Assembly: GCA_963692865.2 (NCBI GenBank)
Contig: OY843592.1
Span: forward strand, 2,848,001 to 2,912,000
DNA from: a bacterium
Lineage (GTDB): Bacteria > UBA8248
Length of the DNA stretch: 64,000 nucleotides
Direction of reading: 5' to 3'
Below, in pieces: positions 40,644 through 49,027 of this stretch. The notes beneath the pieces are model-generated. The model made no database searches. It was not told the DNA's origin and worked only from the letters and a program-made list of their open reading frames with translations. The translations under genes and the position numbers were made by a program. Position 1 is the stretch's first letter, and every line of letters starts with the position of its first letter.

Positions 40644-41381
40644 TCAAGCATCCTCAATAACTTCCCCGTAAACCGAGCGGATGTTCTCTACCATGACCTC
40701 GATCACCCGGTCAACGCCCATACCGCTCGTATCGATTTCCACGGCGTCCTCGGCCTTGCGAAGCGGCGCGCTGGCCCTGTGGCGGTCTCTCTCGTCCCTG
40801 CGCTTCAAGTCTTCACGCAATCGCTCGGGATCGAAGGAGACTCCCCTCGCCTTGAGTTCAGCGAAGCGCCGCTCGATTCGCACCTCGATGTCCGCGTCGA
40901 GAAAAAATTTGAGCCCGGCCTCCGGGAAGACGACCGTGCCGATGTCTCGCCCGTCGATAACGGCCCCGCGCTCGCGCCCGAAATTCCTCTGGAAATCGAG
41001 CAGCGCCGCCCGCACTTCCGGTATCGCCGATACGCGCGACGCCATATCGCTTATCGCTTCTTCGCGGAGCGCGTCGGTAACGTCCTCCTCATCCAGAACG
41101 TTCTTCCAGTCATTCCCCTCTCTACGGCACTCGAAGCGCAAATCGCGCGCGGAGCCGACCGCCAGGCTCTCGAAATCATCTTCCCGATTTTTCTTCTGAA
41201 CCTGATAGCCCACCGCCCGGTAGAGCGCGCCGCTCTCGAGGTAGTCGAAACCCAGCCTCTCCGCGATCCCCTTGGCCGCCGTGCTCTTGCCCGAACCAGC
41301 GGGGCCGTCGACGGGAATGACGATGCCGGCCGATTTTCGGCGCGCGCGCGCGCTCAAGCCCATCCCTTTTTCCGCGCCCAT
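40644..41381 (-). CDS. cmk: cytidylate kinase
   Basis: DGPAGSGKST, GALYR, DGRDIGTVVFP, RD.RD. Confidence 0.95.
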   Translation of the reverse strand: MGAEKGMGLSARARRKSAGIVIPVDGPAGSGKSTAAKGIAERLGFDYLESGALYRAVGYQVQKKNREDDFESLAVGSARDLRFECRREGNDWKNVLDEEDVTDALREEAISDMASRVSAIPEVRAALLDFQRNFGRERGAVIDGRDIGTVVFPEAGLKFFLDADIEVRIERRFAELKARGVSFDPERLREDLKRRDERDRHRASAPLRKAEDAVEIDTSGMGVDRVIEVMVENIRSVYGEVIEDA

Positions 41382-42220
41382 TCATCCCGGCCGTCCTTGG
41401 CCTTTTGAAACGCGCGCTCAAGCCCCTCGGAATCCGCCTCATCCAGCATACGGCGAAGCGCCGCCAGTTCCCGCTCGAACCTCTCAAGCGCGCCCAGCAG
41501 CGCCTCCTGGTTGTCTTCGCAGATTTCGCGCCACATTTCCGCGCCCGAGGACGCGATTCGCGAAAAATCCCGAAACCCGCTCGCCGCATGACGGAGCGCA
41601 CCGCCATCGAGGGCGGTGTTCATCATGGCGTAGGCCACAAGGTGGGGCAGATGGCTGATGTCGGCCATCACGCGATCATGGGTTTCGGGGTCGAGAATCT
41701 CGACGTTTGCGCCCACGCCCTCCCAAAGCGCGCGCAGGCGTTCGATGGATTCGGGGTGCGTTCTCCGCGTCGGCGTCAGGATGGTCTGGTGCGCATCGAA
41801 GAGAGTGGAAAAACTCGCCTCCACGCCGGTCTTCTCGCCTCCGGCGACGGGATGGCTCGCCAGGAATTTCACCTCTCCCAAATCCATCGCCTCGACCGAC
41901 CGCACATACGGCGCCTTTACGCTGCCCACGTCGGTGAGCAGTGCTCCGGGGGCCATCTTCGGCAGAATCGCCTCCGTCACCCGCACGGCGGAACGTACGG
42001 GTGTGCACACCACCACGAGGTCCGAATCGCGCACCGCCGCGAGGTGATCCGTCTCGAAGCGGTCCACCACGCCAAGTTCAAGCGCGCGCTCCAGGTTGCC
42101 CAAGCTGCGGCCCGCTCCCACGAACCTCGAAACGAGGCCCCTCTCCCGGGCGGCGCGGGCCAGCGAGCCGCCGATGAGTCCCACGCCGATGATGGTCATC
42201 TGCTCAAAAAGCACTTTCAT
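41354..42220 (-). CDS. tyrA: prephenate/arogenate dehydrogenase
   Basis: GVGLIGGS, TDVGSVK, HP.AG, HD...A.ISHLPH. Confidence 0.93.
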   Translation of the reverse strand: MKVLFEQMTIIGVGLIGGSLARAARERGLVSRFVGAGRSLGNLERALELGVVDRFETDHLAAVRDSDLVVVCTPVRSAVRVTEAILPKMAPGALLTDVGSVKAPYVRSVEAMDLGEVKFLASHPVAGGEKTGVEASFSTLFDAHQTILTPTRRTHPESIERLRALWEGVGANVEILDPETHDRVMADISHLPHLVAYAMMNTALDGGALRHAASGFRDFSRIASSGAEMWREICEDNQEALLGALERFERELAALRRMLDEADSEGLERAFQKAKDGRDEWARKKGWA

Positions 42221-42271
42221 ATCCTTGTCATTATTTTATAAATTACATAAAGTTGCCAATGTATCTATTTG

Positions 42272-43366
42272 TTATACTTGCAATTCCATTACTTTACATA
42301 ACGCCTTGATTACCGCCTCGTTCTCCTGCGGCGCGCCGATGGAAATCCGCAGATGGCGCGGGAAACCATACCCCGCCACGGGCCGGACGATGACGCCTTC
42401 TCTCAGCAGCGCTTCGTACACCCGCATCGCTTCGCCCACCTCGACCATCATGAAATTCCCCTGCGTGGGCACGAACGGGAGCCCCATGGCCGACAGCTCG
42501 TACACGAAATACTCCCGGCCCTCGGCGTTCACCGCGACCGACCGCTCGACGTGTTCGGTATCGCCCAAGGCGGCCTGCGCGGCCACGAGAGCCAGGGAAT
42601 TCACGTTGAACGGCTCGCGGACGCTCTCCATCGCCCCCGCGACTTCCGCATCCGCCACGCCGTAGCCGACGCGCAGGCCGGCCAGCCCGTAGACCTTCGA
42701 GAAGGTGCGCATGGCGACGAGGTTCGGGAACTCGTCCAGCATCCGCGCGGCGTCGGGGTAATCCTCCAGATGCGCGTAGTGGCAATAGGCCTCGTCCATG
42801 ACGAGGAGGGTGGATGGCGGGATTTTTCCCAAAAACTCGCGGAGTTTTTCCTCCCCCACAGCCGTACCCGTGGGATTGTTGGGATTCGCGATGAAAACGA
42901 TTTTCGTCTTTTCGCATACGAGGTCCGCCAAGGCGTCCAGGTCCTGGTGATAATCACGCATCGGGGCGCGCCTGATCTCGCATGAGCAGAGCTGAGAGAC
43001 GATATGATAGACGATGAAGGCGCCTTCGGAGAAAACCACGGGGTCTCCGGGGTCGAGATAGGCGTGCGCGAGAATCTCCAGAACCTCGTTCGTTCCGTTG
43101 CCGAGGACGAAATTCGCAGGCGCCAGCCCGTGGTGCTCGGCAAGCGCGTTCTTGAGATAAAACCCGCCGCCGTCGGGGTAACGGTGCAATTCCTGAATAG
43201 CGCTGTTGACGGCTTCCACGGCCTTGGGCGACGGCCCCAGAGGGTTCTCGTTCGAGGCCACCTTGATGGAGTCGGCGATGCCGAGTTCGCGCTCGAGCTC
43301 CTCCACCGGCTTTCCCGGCTGGTAGACGATGATGTCCGATACGGGCCGCGCCCTTTGAAATTTCAT
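42272..43366 (-). CDS. hisC: histidinol-phosphate/aromatic aminotransferase
   Basis: ASNENP, NPNNPTG, DEAY, RTFSKVYGLAGLRVG. Confidence 0.95.
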   Translation of the reverse strand: MKFQRARPVSDIIVYQPGKPVEELERELGIADSIKVASNENPLGPSPKAVEAVNSAIQELHRYPDGGGFYLKNALAEHHGLAPANFVLGNGTNEVLEILAHAYLDPGDPVVFSEGAFIVYHIVSQLCSCEIRRAPMRDYHQDLDALADLVCEKTKIVFIANPNNPTGTAVGEEKLREFLGKIPPSTLLVMDEAYCHYAHLEDYPDAARMLDEFPNLVAMRTFSKVYGLAGLRVGYGVADAEVAGAMESVREPFNVNSLALVAAQAALGDTEHVERSVAVNAEGREYFVYELSAMGLPFVPTQGNFMMVEVGEAMRVYEALLREGVIVRPVAGYGFPRHLRISIGAPQENEAVIKALCKVMELQV

Positions 43367-43429
43367 CCCCTCTCCTCACGCTCAGGCGTCGCGGGAGCCA
43401 CGCGCCCGAAAAAACCCGTTAAACCCGGC

Positions 43430-44272
43430 CTATCCATTCCCATCTCGCGTCCCTTGCAGCACGGGATAAGAACCCAGCACGCGAATGAATTCCACAAGCC
43501 CCCTCAGATCCGAAATACCTTTTGCGATTGCCTCGTCTTCCGCGAACCCGTCGACTTCCATGTAGAAGACGTACTCCCACGCCACTTTGCGCGACGGGCG
43601 GGATTCGAGTTTCGTCATGTTCAGCTCACGCCCGGCGATGGGCGCAAGCGCCTTGTAGAGCGCGCCCGATTCATTCTTCAAGCCGAAGAGCAGACTCGTC
43701 TTCGAGCGCTCTCCGCGCTCCGGCTTCTCGGTTCCGATGACGAAAAAGCGCGTCACGTTGATGATCTCCGAATCGAGTTTTTCCGCAAAAATCTTCAGGC
43801 CATAATACTCGGCCGCGAGGCGGCTTCCCAAAGCCGCGAGCTTCGGCTCGCCCGCGGCCATCTTCGCCGCCAGCGAGGTGCTCCAGACCTCTTCAATCCT
43901 GACGCCCGAGGCGTTCTCGCGAAGCCACGTGCGGCACTGGGCCACCGCATGGGGGTGGCTGAGGATGCGCTCCACGTTCTCGATGGAGTCTTCGTTCGTG
44001 AGCAGGTGGATGTCGATGGGCAGGCGCACTTCGCACTCCACCAGCAGCGGGGATTCCAGCAGCCTGTCCAGCGTGATGTTGACCGTGCCCTCTATCGCGT
44101 TCTCGATCGGGACCACGCCCCACCGGGAGCGGCGGCCTTCCACCTCATCGAACACGGCGTCGATGCTCTCTACGGGCGTGAGAACCGCCTCCTCGCCGAA
44201 GCGCAGTATGGCGGCCTCGTGCGTGAAGGTGGCCTCCGGTCCCAGATAGCTCACTCTCGGCAAATCGCTCAT
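43430..44272 (-). CDS. pheA: monofunctional prephenate dehydratase (PDT-ACT)
   Basis: YLGPEATFT, VPIEN, SHP.A..QC, TRF, LESRP; no chorismate mutase domain. Confidence 0.92.
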   Translation of the reverse strand: MSDLPRVSYLGPEATFTHEAAILRFGEEAVLTPVESIDAVFDEVEGRRSRWGVVPIENAIEGTVNITLDRLLESPLLVECEVRLPIDIHLLTNEDSIENVERILSHPHAVAQCRTWLRENASGVRIEEVWSTSLAAKMAAGEPKLAALGSRLAAEYYGLKIFAEKLDSEIINVTRFFVIGTEKPERGERSKTSLLFGLKNESGALYKALAPIAGRELNMTKLESRPSRKVAWEYVFYMEVDGFAEDEAIAKGISDLRGLVEFIRVLGSYPVLQGTRDGNG

Positions 44273-44420
44273 GACCCAAGGCTCCGATTCAAGAATGCCG
44301 CCCAGCAAACCGCGCTATCCTACCCCAAGGCCCGGCGATTGTGAACGCCCCGAAGCTCTGGCAAACTGGCCAGGGTTCATCGACGACGACCGACATTTCT
44401 TAAGCATTCATGAGGGAAAG

Positions 44421-45554
44421 ATGAAGATTACAGACGTCGAAGCATACATGCTCACCGGCCCGCCCGAGGAGCGGGGCCACTGGGTCAGCCATTATCCCGT
44501 CCACCAGGCGAACGAGTTGCTGATACGGCTCAAAACCGACGAGGGGCTGGAGGGCTTCGGCCTCGGCAGCAGCCGCCTCCTCATCAAGGGCGCGGCGGAG
44601 ATGTTCAACGAAGGACTCAAGGAGTTCATCATCGGCGAGGACGCCCTCGCGCCCGAGAGACTTTATGAGAAGGTTTTCTCCATCACGCACCAGAAGCTCG
44701 CCTTCGTGAAGGAATGGTCCCGAAACGGGCTGCTCATCACCAGCGCGGCCCTCGACCTCGCCATGTGGGATATTCTCGGAAAGGCCTCAGGGCAGCCCCT
44801 GTTCCGCCTCTTCGGCGGATACCGCGAGGAAGTGCCCTGCTACGTCACCTGCGCCTATTACCGTGACGGGAAGGATTTGAATGAGCTGCGCGAGGAGATG
44901 GAAATGCTGAATGAGCAGGGGCACAGGGCGTTCAAGGCCAAAATCGGCGGCGCCTCGCTCGAGGAGGATATGGCGCGGCTGCGGGTCATCCGCGAGGTCA
45001 TCGGCGATGAGGCCGAACTCATGCTCGACGTGAACAGCGCGTGGGATCTGCCCACCGCCATCGAGGGGGCGCGTCTGCTCACCGAAATCCGCCCCCGCTG
45101 GCTCGAAGAGCCCGTGCGCTGGTTCGACGACAGGCGCGAACTCAGGATTCTCGCGCGAAAGACGGACATCCCTCTCTCCGCCGGTGAGAGCGAGCAGACC
45201 GGACACGGCGTGCGCGCCCTGCTGGAGGAGCAGGCGATAGAGGTCGTGCAGTTCGACTGCACGCGCATGGGCGGGTTCACGATGGGGAGAAAACTGGCGG
45301 CGCTCGCGGAACTCAACCACGTGGAAATCGCTCCGCACCACGACTGCTTCATCCACGCCCACATCGTGGCGGCCTCGCCGGCCGGCTGCATCGTGGAGTC
45401 CTTCACGGACCCCGAGCGCGACCCGCTCCAGGCGGAACTCTTCGAGAACCCGCCCCGCATCGAGAACGGGACGCTATACCTGAACGACGCGCCGGGGCTG
45501 GGACTCACGCTCTCAGAGAAGGCGATTGAGAAGTTCGGAACGCGCATCGCGTGA
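44421..45554 (+). CDS. mandelate racemase/enolase superfamily enzyme
   Basis: KAKIG (KxK), D/E/E metal ligands (LDVN, EEP, GES), APH; ATG 44421. Confidence 0.9.
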   Translation: MKITDVEAYMLTGPPEERGHWVSHYPVHQANELLIRLKTDEGLEGFGLGSSRLLIKGAAEMFNEGLKEFIIGEDALAPERLYEKVFSITHQKLAFVKEWSRNGLLITSAALDLAMWDILGKASGQPLFRLFGGYREEVPCYVTCAYYRDGKDLNELREEMEMLNEQGHRAFKAKIGGASLEEDMARLRVIREVIGDEAELMLDVNSAWDLPTAIEGARLLTEIRPRWLEEPVRWFDDRRELRILARKTDIPLSAGESEQTGHGVRALLEEQAIEVVQFDCTRMGGFTMGRKLAALAELNHVEIAPHHDCFIHAHIVAASPAGCIVESFTDPERDPLQAELFENPPRIENGTLYLNDAPGLGLTLSEKAIEKFGTRIA

Positions 45555-45582
45555 GGGGGACGAGAAGGCGCCAAGCGATTCG

Positions 45583-45720
45583 TCAGTCAACCCTATTGTT
45601 ATCTTGAGCCGCTGAATCTAGTTCAGGGCCTGCCCCCCGACCCTGTCCGGCAAGCATCGAGGCGAGTTTTCGGGCGTCCCAGGTGAGTTCCGGCCAGTTG
45701 TGATGTTCATGTATCCACAT
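45583..45720 (-). pseudogene. 5' fragment of Fic-family (DUF4172-type) gene
   Basis: MWIHEHHNWPELTWDARKLASMLA resembles the DUF4172 N-terminus, then diverges; 45 aa; not in ORF track. Confidence 0.7.
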
Positions 45721-45821
45721 ATCAATCACCGCATTATTTGCAGTGGTTATGCCCTTTATTCACCGCATGTCATTCGTGCCCGGATATATCCGGGCCTTTT
45801 TATCTGCCTGGGGCCGGCCCT

Positions 45822-45923
45822 GCATCGAGAACGGGACGTTCTATCCGAACGATGCGCGGGTTCTCGGGCTTACGCTGTCAGAAGAAGCGATAGAGAAGTT
45901 CGGGACGCGAGTCGCGTGAGGGG
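45822..45923 (+). repeat. diverged direct repeat of enolase-gene 3' end (45457-45558)
   Basis: 102 bp ungapped, 19 mismatches by hand count, first 17 bp identical. Confidence 0.92.
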
Positions 45924-46270
45924 AGGTTGAAAAAGCCCTTGCGGTTCGTTCGCGTAGGTGGCCTTTGATCGTCATTCCGGCGAAAGCCGGAATCCAGAAC
46001 CGATGAGAAGGATAAAATTACGGCGTTCCATTTCCTCGTTCATTCGCCCGCAACGACAGCCAAAGAACAAAAAGCAAAGTCCCTGGATTCCGGCATGCGC
46101 CGGAATGACGGCTTTGTGGTTCGGTTCAATGTATGTGCCGGATTGTAGGAGTCGCATATATGCGACCCATCCCAAGACACAACAAAAAGGCCGAATGTAT
46201 GGGGTTGCTAAAAAGCCCTTCGTCGGGGTTCCCGCGCTCTCAAGGCCGAAAGTCCTTTATTTTCAACGGA
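45921..46270. repeat. composite repeat block A
   Basis: IS-like ends at 45921 and 46201; GTCATTCCGGCG..CCGGAATCCAG inverted pair 45971-45997/46083-46109; GTAG REP 46145-46168. Confidence 0.85.
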
Positions 46271-46354
46271 TATTCGGCGTTAACTAAACCGCCGAACAAG
46301 CGCCTCCAACATCCCCAGGCCGGCGCGGGCGGGTCGAGCGCGAAAGGCGAGGGT

Positions 46355-46384
46355 TTGCATTTTCATCGCCCCGTGTCGTACATT
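46355..46384 (+). promoter_or_regulatory. putative promoter for candidate sRNA
   Basis: TTGCAT-18 bp-TACATT, 6 nt before the hairpin 5' G. Confidence 0.4.
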
Positions 46385-46390
46385 TTTCCT

Positions 46391-46468
46391 GGCGCCCGAG
46401 TCATTTCGCAATCGCCTCATGCCTTCGGGAGAGTGCGGGGGTTGTGGCCCGCCGGGCGCCGCTTTTTT
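46391..46468 (+). ncRNA. candidate small structured RNA
   Basis: GGCGCCCG/CGGGCGCC closing stem, 8-bp middle stem, cUUCGg apical loop, T6 tract. Confidence 0.45.
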
Positions 46469-46584
46469 ATTCCCTCCCAATCTCTTCGAGTATCGACGCT
46501 CGCGCCTCGTCTGCAGGCATGTTGTCGAGCTTGTCGATGAGCCGCTCCGCTGCCTCGCCGTCCACCATTCCACGCGCTCAAATG

Positions 46585-47475
46585 CTACAAATACTTCTTG
46601 AACCACTCTATCGCCTCGACCATGCCGATTTCGTGGTGCTCGGGGCTGCAGAAATAATAGGACTCGTAATGCTGCGCGCCGGGGAGCTTGACGATCTTCT
46701 TCGGCTCCCCGCAGGCCTCGTAGCAATTGATTTGCTCCTGCACGGGCACCAGGAAATCGTTTTCCGAATAGATGAACATGACGGGGCGCGGGGCGATTCT
46801 ACTCGCCACCCACTCGGGCTTGTAGCGCCAGCAGGCTTCTGCGCTTTGCAGGTCGTAGTCCTTCACGTAGTCATCGTGTTTCTGGTGGTTCTCCTGGATG
46901 ACCTTGAGCGTATGGGGGTCGCAGAGCATGATCTCGGGCAGCGGCATCGTGGTCGGCTCGCCGGTGGTGACGCGCTTGCGGGCGGCCTCCATGACCGTCT
47001 TCTGGAACGAATCCCACTCGTGCGGCCTCCTCACCGAGCGCATCCAGCGCTCGCCCTCATGCACACCCACGGAAGAGACCACCACCTTCACGCGCTCATC
47101 GAAGGCCGCCACCCAGATGGCGTTCGCCCCGCCGAAGCTCGTGCCGAAGATGCCGATCCGCTCCGGGTCCACGCCCTCGACCGTCTCCATGTAGGAGATG
47201 GCGTCGTAGGTGTCCTGCGCCTGCTCCAGGGGCCGCTGGCGGCCGCGCTCGCCCTCGCTCTTGCCGAAGCCTCGGTGATCGGGCGCGAGGATGAAATAGC
47301 CCTCCTCCCAGAGCCGCCTGGGCACGTCCATCCCGTAGACCTCCTTCATCCCGCTGTAGCCGTGCAGGCAGATGATGGCCGGTCCGGGCGGGTCGCCCGC
47401 TTTCCAGCCTTTGGGGGTATAGAGATGGGATGCGATTTTGAGGCCGTCGCTGTAGTAAAAAATCTCTTCGTACAT
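46585..47475 (-). CDS. alpha/beta hydrolase
   Basis: LHG, DHRGFGKSEG, GTSFGG nucleophile elbow, Asp/His candidates. Confidence 0.9.
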   Translation of the reverse strand: MYEEIFYYSDGLKIASHLYTPKGWKAGDPPGPAIICLHGYSGMKEVYGMDVPRRLWEEGYFILAPDHRGFGKSEGERGRQRPLEQAQDTYDAISYMETVEGVDPERIGIFGTSFGGANAIWVAAFDERVKVVVSSVGVHEGERWMRSVRRPHEWDSFQKTVMEAARKRVTTGEPTTMPLPEIMLCDPHTLKVIQENHQKHDDYVKDYDLQSAEACWRYKPEWVASRIAPRPVMFIYSENDFLVPVQEQINCYEACGEPKKIVKLPGAQHYESYYFCSPEHHEIGMVEAIEWFKKYL

Positions 47476-47564
47476 GCAGGTTTCCCCTCCAGGCGACGCC
47501 GCTCGGCGCCGAAGATAATTATCCAGAAAATTCCACCGGCGCGTGAGCCGCCGGACGATATCCG

Positions 47565-48437
47565 CTATTGGACTTCGATGCCTCTCAATTCGCGCAGCAA
47601 TTCACCGGCGTCGGGCGCGCGCATGAGCGCCTCCCCGACCAGGATGGCGTCCACCCCCTCATCCACGAGAGGGACCACTTCGCGCCACCCGAAAATTCCG
47701 CTCTCAGACACCAGTACGAGCGATTCCCGCTGCTCCGGCGTGAGCCGCCCGAACACGCGGGATGTGTGCTCCGTATCGACCTCGAAGGTCTTCAAGTTCC
47801 GGTTGTTCACGCCGAGAACGCGGGTCCCCGCCGCCAGGGCGCGCCCGAGTTCATCTTCGGCATACACCTCAACGAGCGCGCCCATGCCCAGTTCTTCGGC
47901 GAGCGCGCGCAAATCCTCCATCTGCGACGTCTCCAGGATGGCCGCTATCAGAAGCACGGCGTCCGCGCCGCCCGCGCGGGCCTCCCATATCTGGTACTCG
48001 GTGAAGATGAACTCTTTTCTGAGAACGGGGAGAGCCACTGCGCCGCGCACATCTTCCAGATGCGCCATCTCGCCCAGAAAGCGCCTCCGCTCCGTCAACA
48101 CCGAGACGGCGGCGGCGCCCCCTTCTTCATAGGCTCTGGCGATTTCGCCCGGCTCGAAGCGCTCGGCGATCTGGCCCTGGGAGGGAGAGGCCTGCTTCAC
48201 CTCGGCGATGACGCGCATCCGGCCGCCGTCCGCGTCCTCGCCGGAATCGGGCCGCCCGATTGCGCCCGCGAAATCAAGCGCCTGCGGCGCATCCCTCGCC
48301 ATTGACTTGATATCGGCCTCCGAACGCCGTCTCCTGTCCGAGGCGATGTCCTCGCGGACGCCTTCCACGAGCTTGTCCAGAACCGTATGCGTCGCAATCG
48401 TCAAAATTTCATACTCCCAGGAGGAATCGATTGCCAA
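47565..48437 (-). CDS. trpC: indole-3-glycerol phosphate synthase
   Basis: IAEVKQASPS, SVLTE, LRKEF, GVNNRNL, VSESGI; true start may be TTG 48404. Confidence 0.95.
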   Translation of the reverse strand: MAIDSSWEYEILTIATHTVLDKLVEGVREDIASDRRRRSEADIKSMARDAPQALDFAGAIGRPDSGEDADGGRMRVIAEVKQASPSQGQIAERFEPGEIARAYEEGGAAAVSVLTERRRFLGEMAHLEDVRGAVALPVLRKEFIFTEYQIWEARAGGADAVLLIAAILETSQMEDLRALAEELGMGALVEVYAEDELGRALAAGTRVLGVNNRNLKTFEVDTEHTSRVFGRLTPEQRESLVLVSESGIFGWREVVPLVDEGVDAILVGEALMRAPDAGELLRELRGIEVQ

Positions 48438-48455
48438 CCGACGAGAGAGAAGATA

Positions 48456-49010
48456 CCCACTCCCCCCTTGAGGGTCGGGCTTCCCGAGGGGAAAGCCCGA
48501 CCCTCAAAGGGCTGTTGAAAAACCCCCCTCTGCCCCGCGGGAGCGCATCGCATTCTTGTACCCCCCTGACAAGGGGTTGTTGAAAAAGTCCTTGCAGGTC
48601 AGTCGGTAATCCCGCCGCAGGTCAGACATATATGTCTGACATATCATGCGGCCCAACCTTTTTCGCCTCTCCGGCAACGGGCCGCATGATATGCGGCCCC
48701 TGCAATCGAGATTGCACACCGTCATTCCGGCGCATGCCGGAATCCAGGGACTTTGCTTTTGAATTCGTGTCTTTTCGCATGATTGTTTTTCATGGTCGTC
48801 CTGCGGTTCGAAATTCACCTCGGCTCTGGATTCCGGCATGCGCCGGAATGACGATCAAAACCGTCGAACCCTCCCTTCCCGGTCGGCTGCATTCGCCGAA
48901 TCGCGAAATCAGGTGTTTTTCAACAGCCCCCTCAAGGGGGGAGTGATTTTCCTCCCGCACCAGTCGGTTACATACGCCGAATCATAAAATCTGATTTTTT
49001 CAACAACCCC
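48456..49010. mobile_element. composite repeat block B: MITE-like unit 48508-48930 nested in a C6/G6 palindrome element
   Basis: 14-bp perfect IR GGGCTGTTGAAAAA, flanking CTCAA duplication, internal GCAG- and GTCA-type REPs; no transposase. Confidence 0.8.
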
Positions 49011-49027
49011 GAGCCGCGCCGCCTCGC

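Noticed and set aside
45457-45923. DGR template/variable repeat pair
   Set aside because: Mismatches are not adenine-specific, many are synonymous, and no reverse transcriptase is present
46391-46462. Degenerate tRNA
   Set aside because: Acceptor-like stem only; no D/T-loop consensus, and a rod fold fits better
46444-48132. 562-aa + strand ORF
   Set aside because: Antisense to the hydrolase and trpC; shadow ORF
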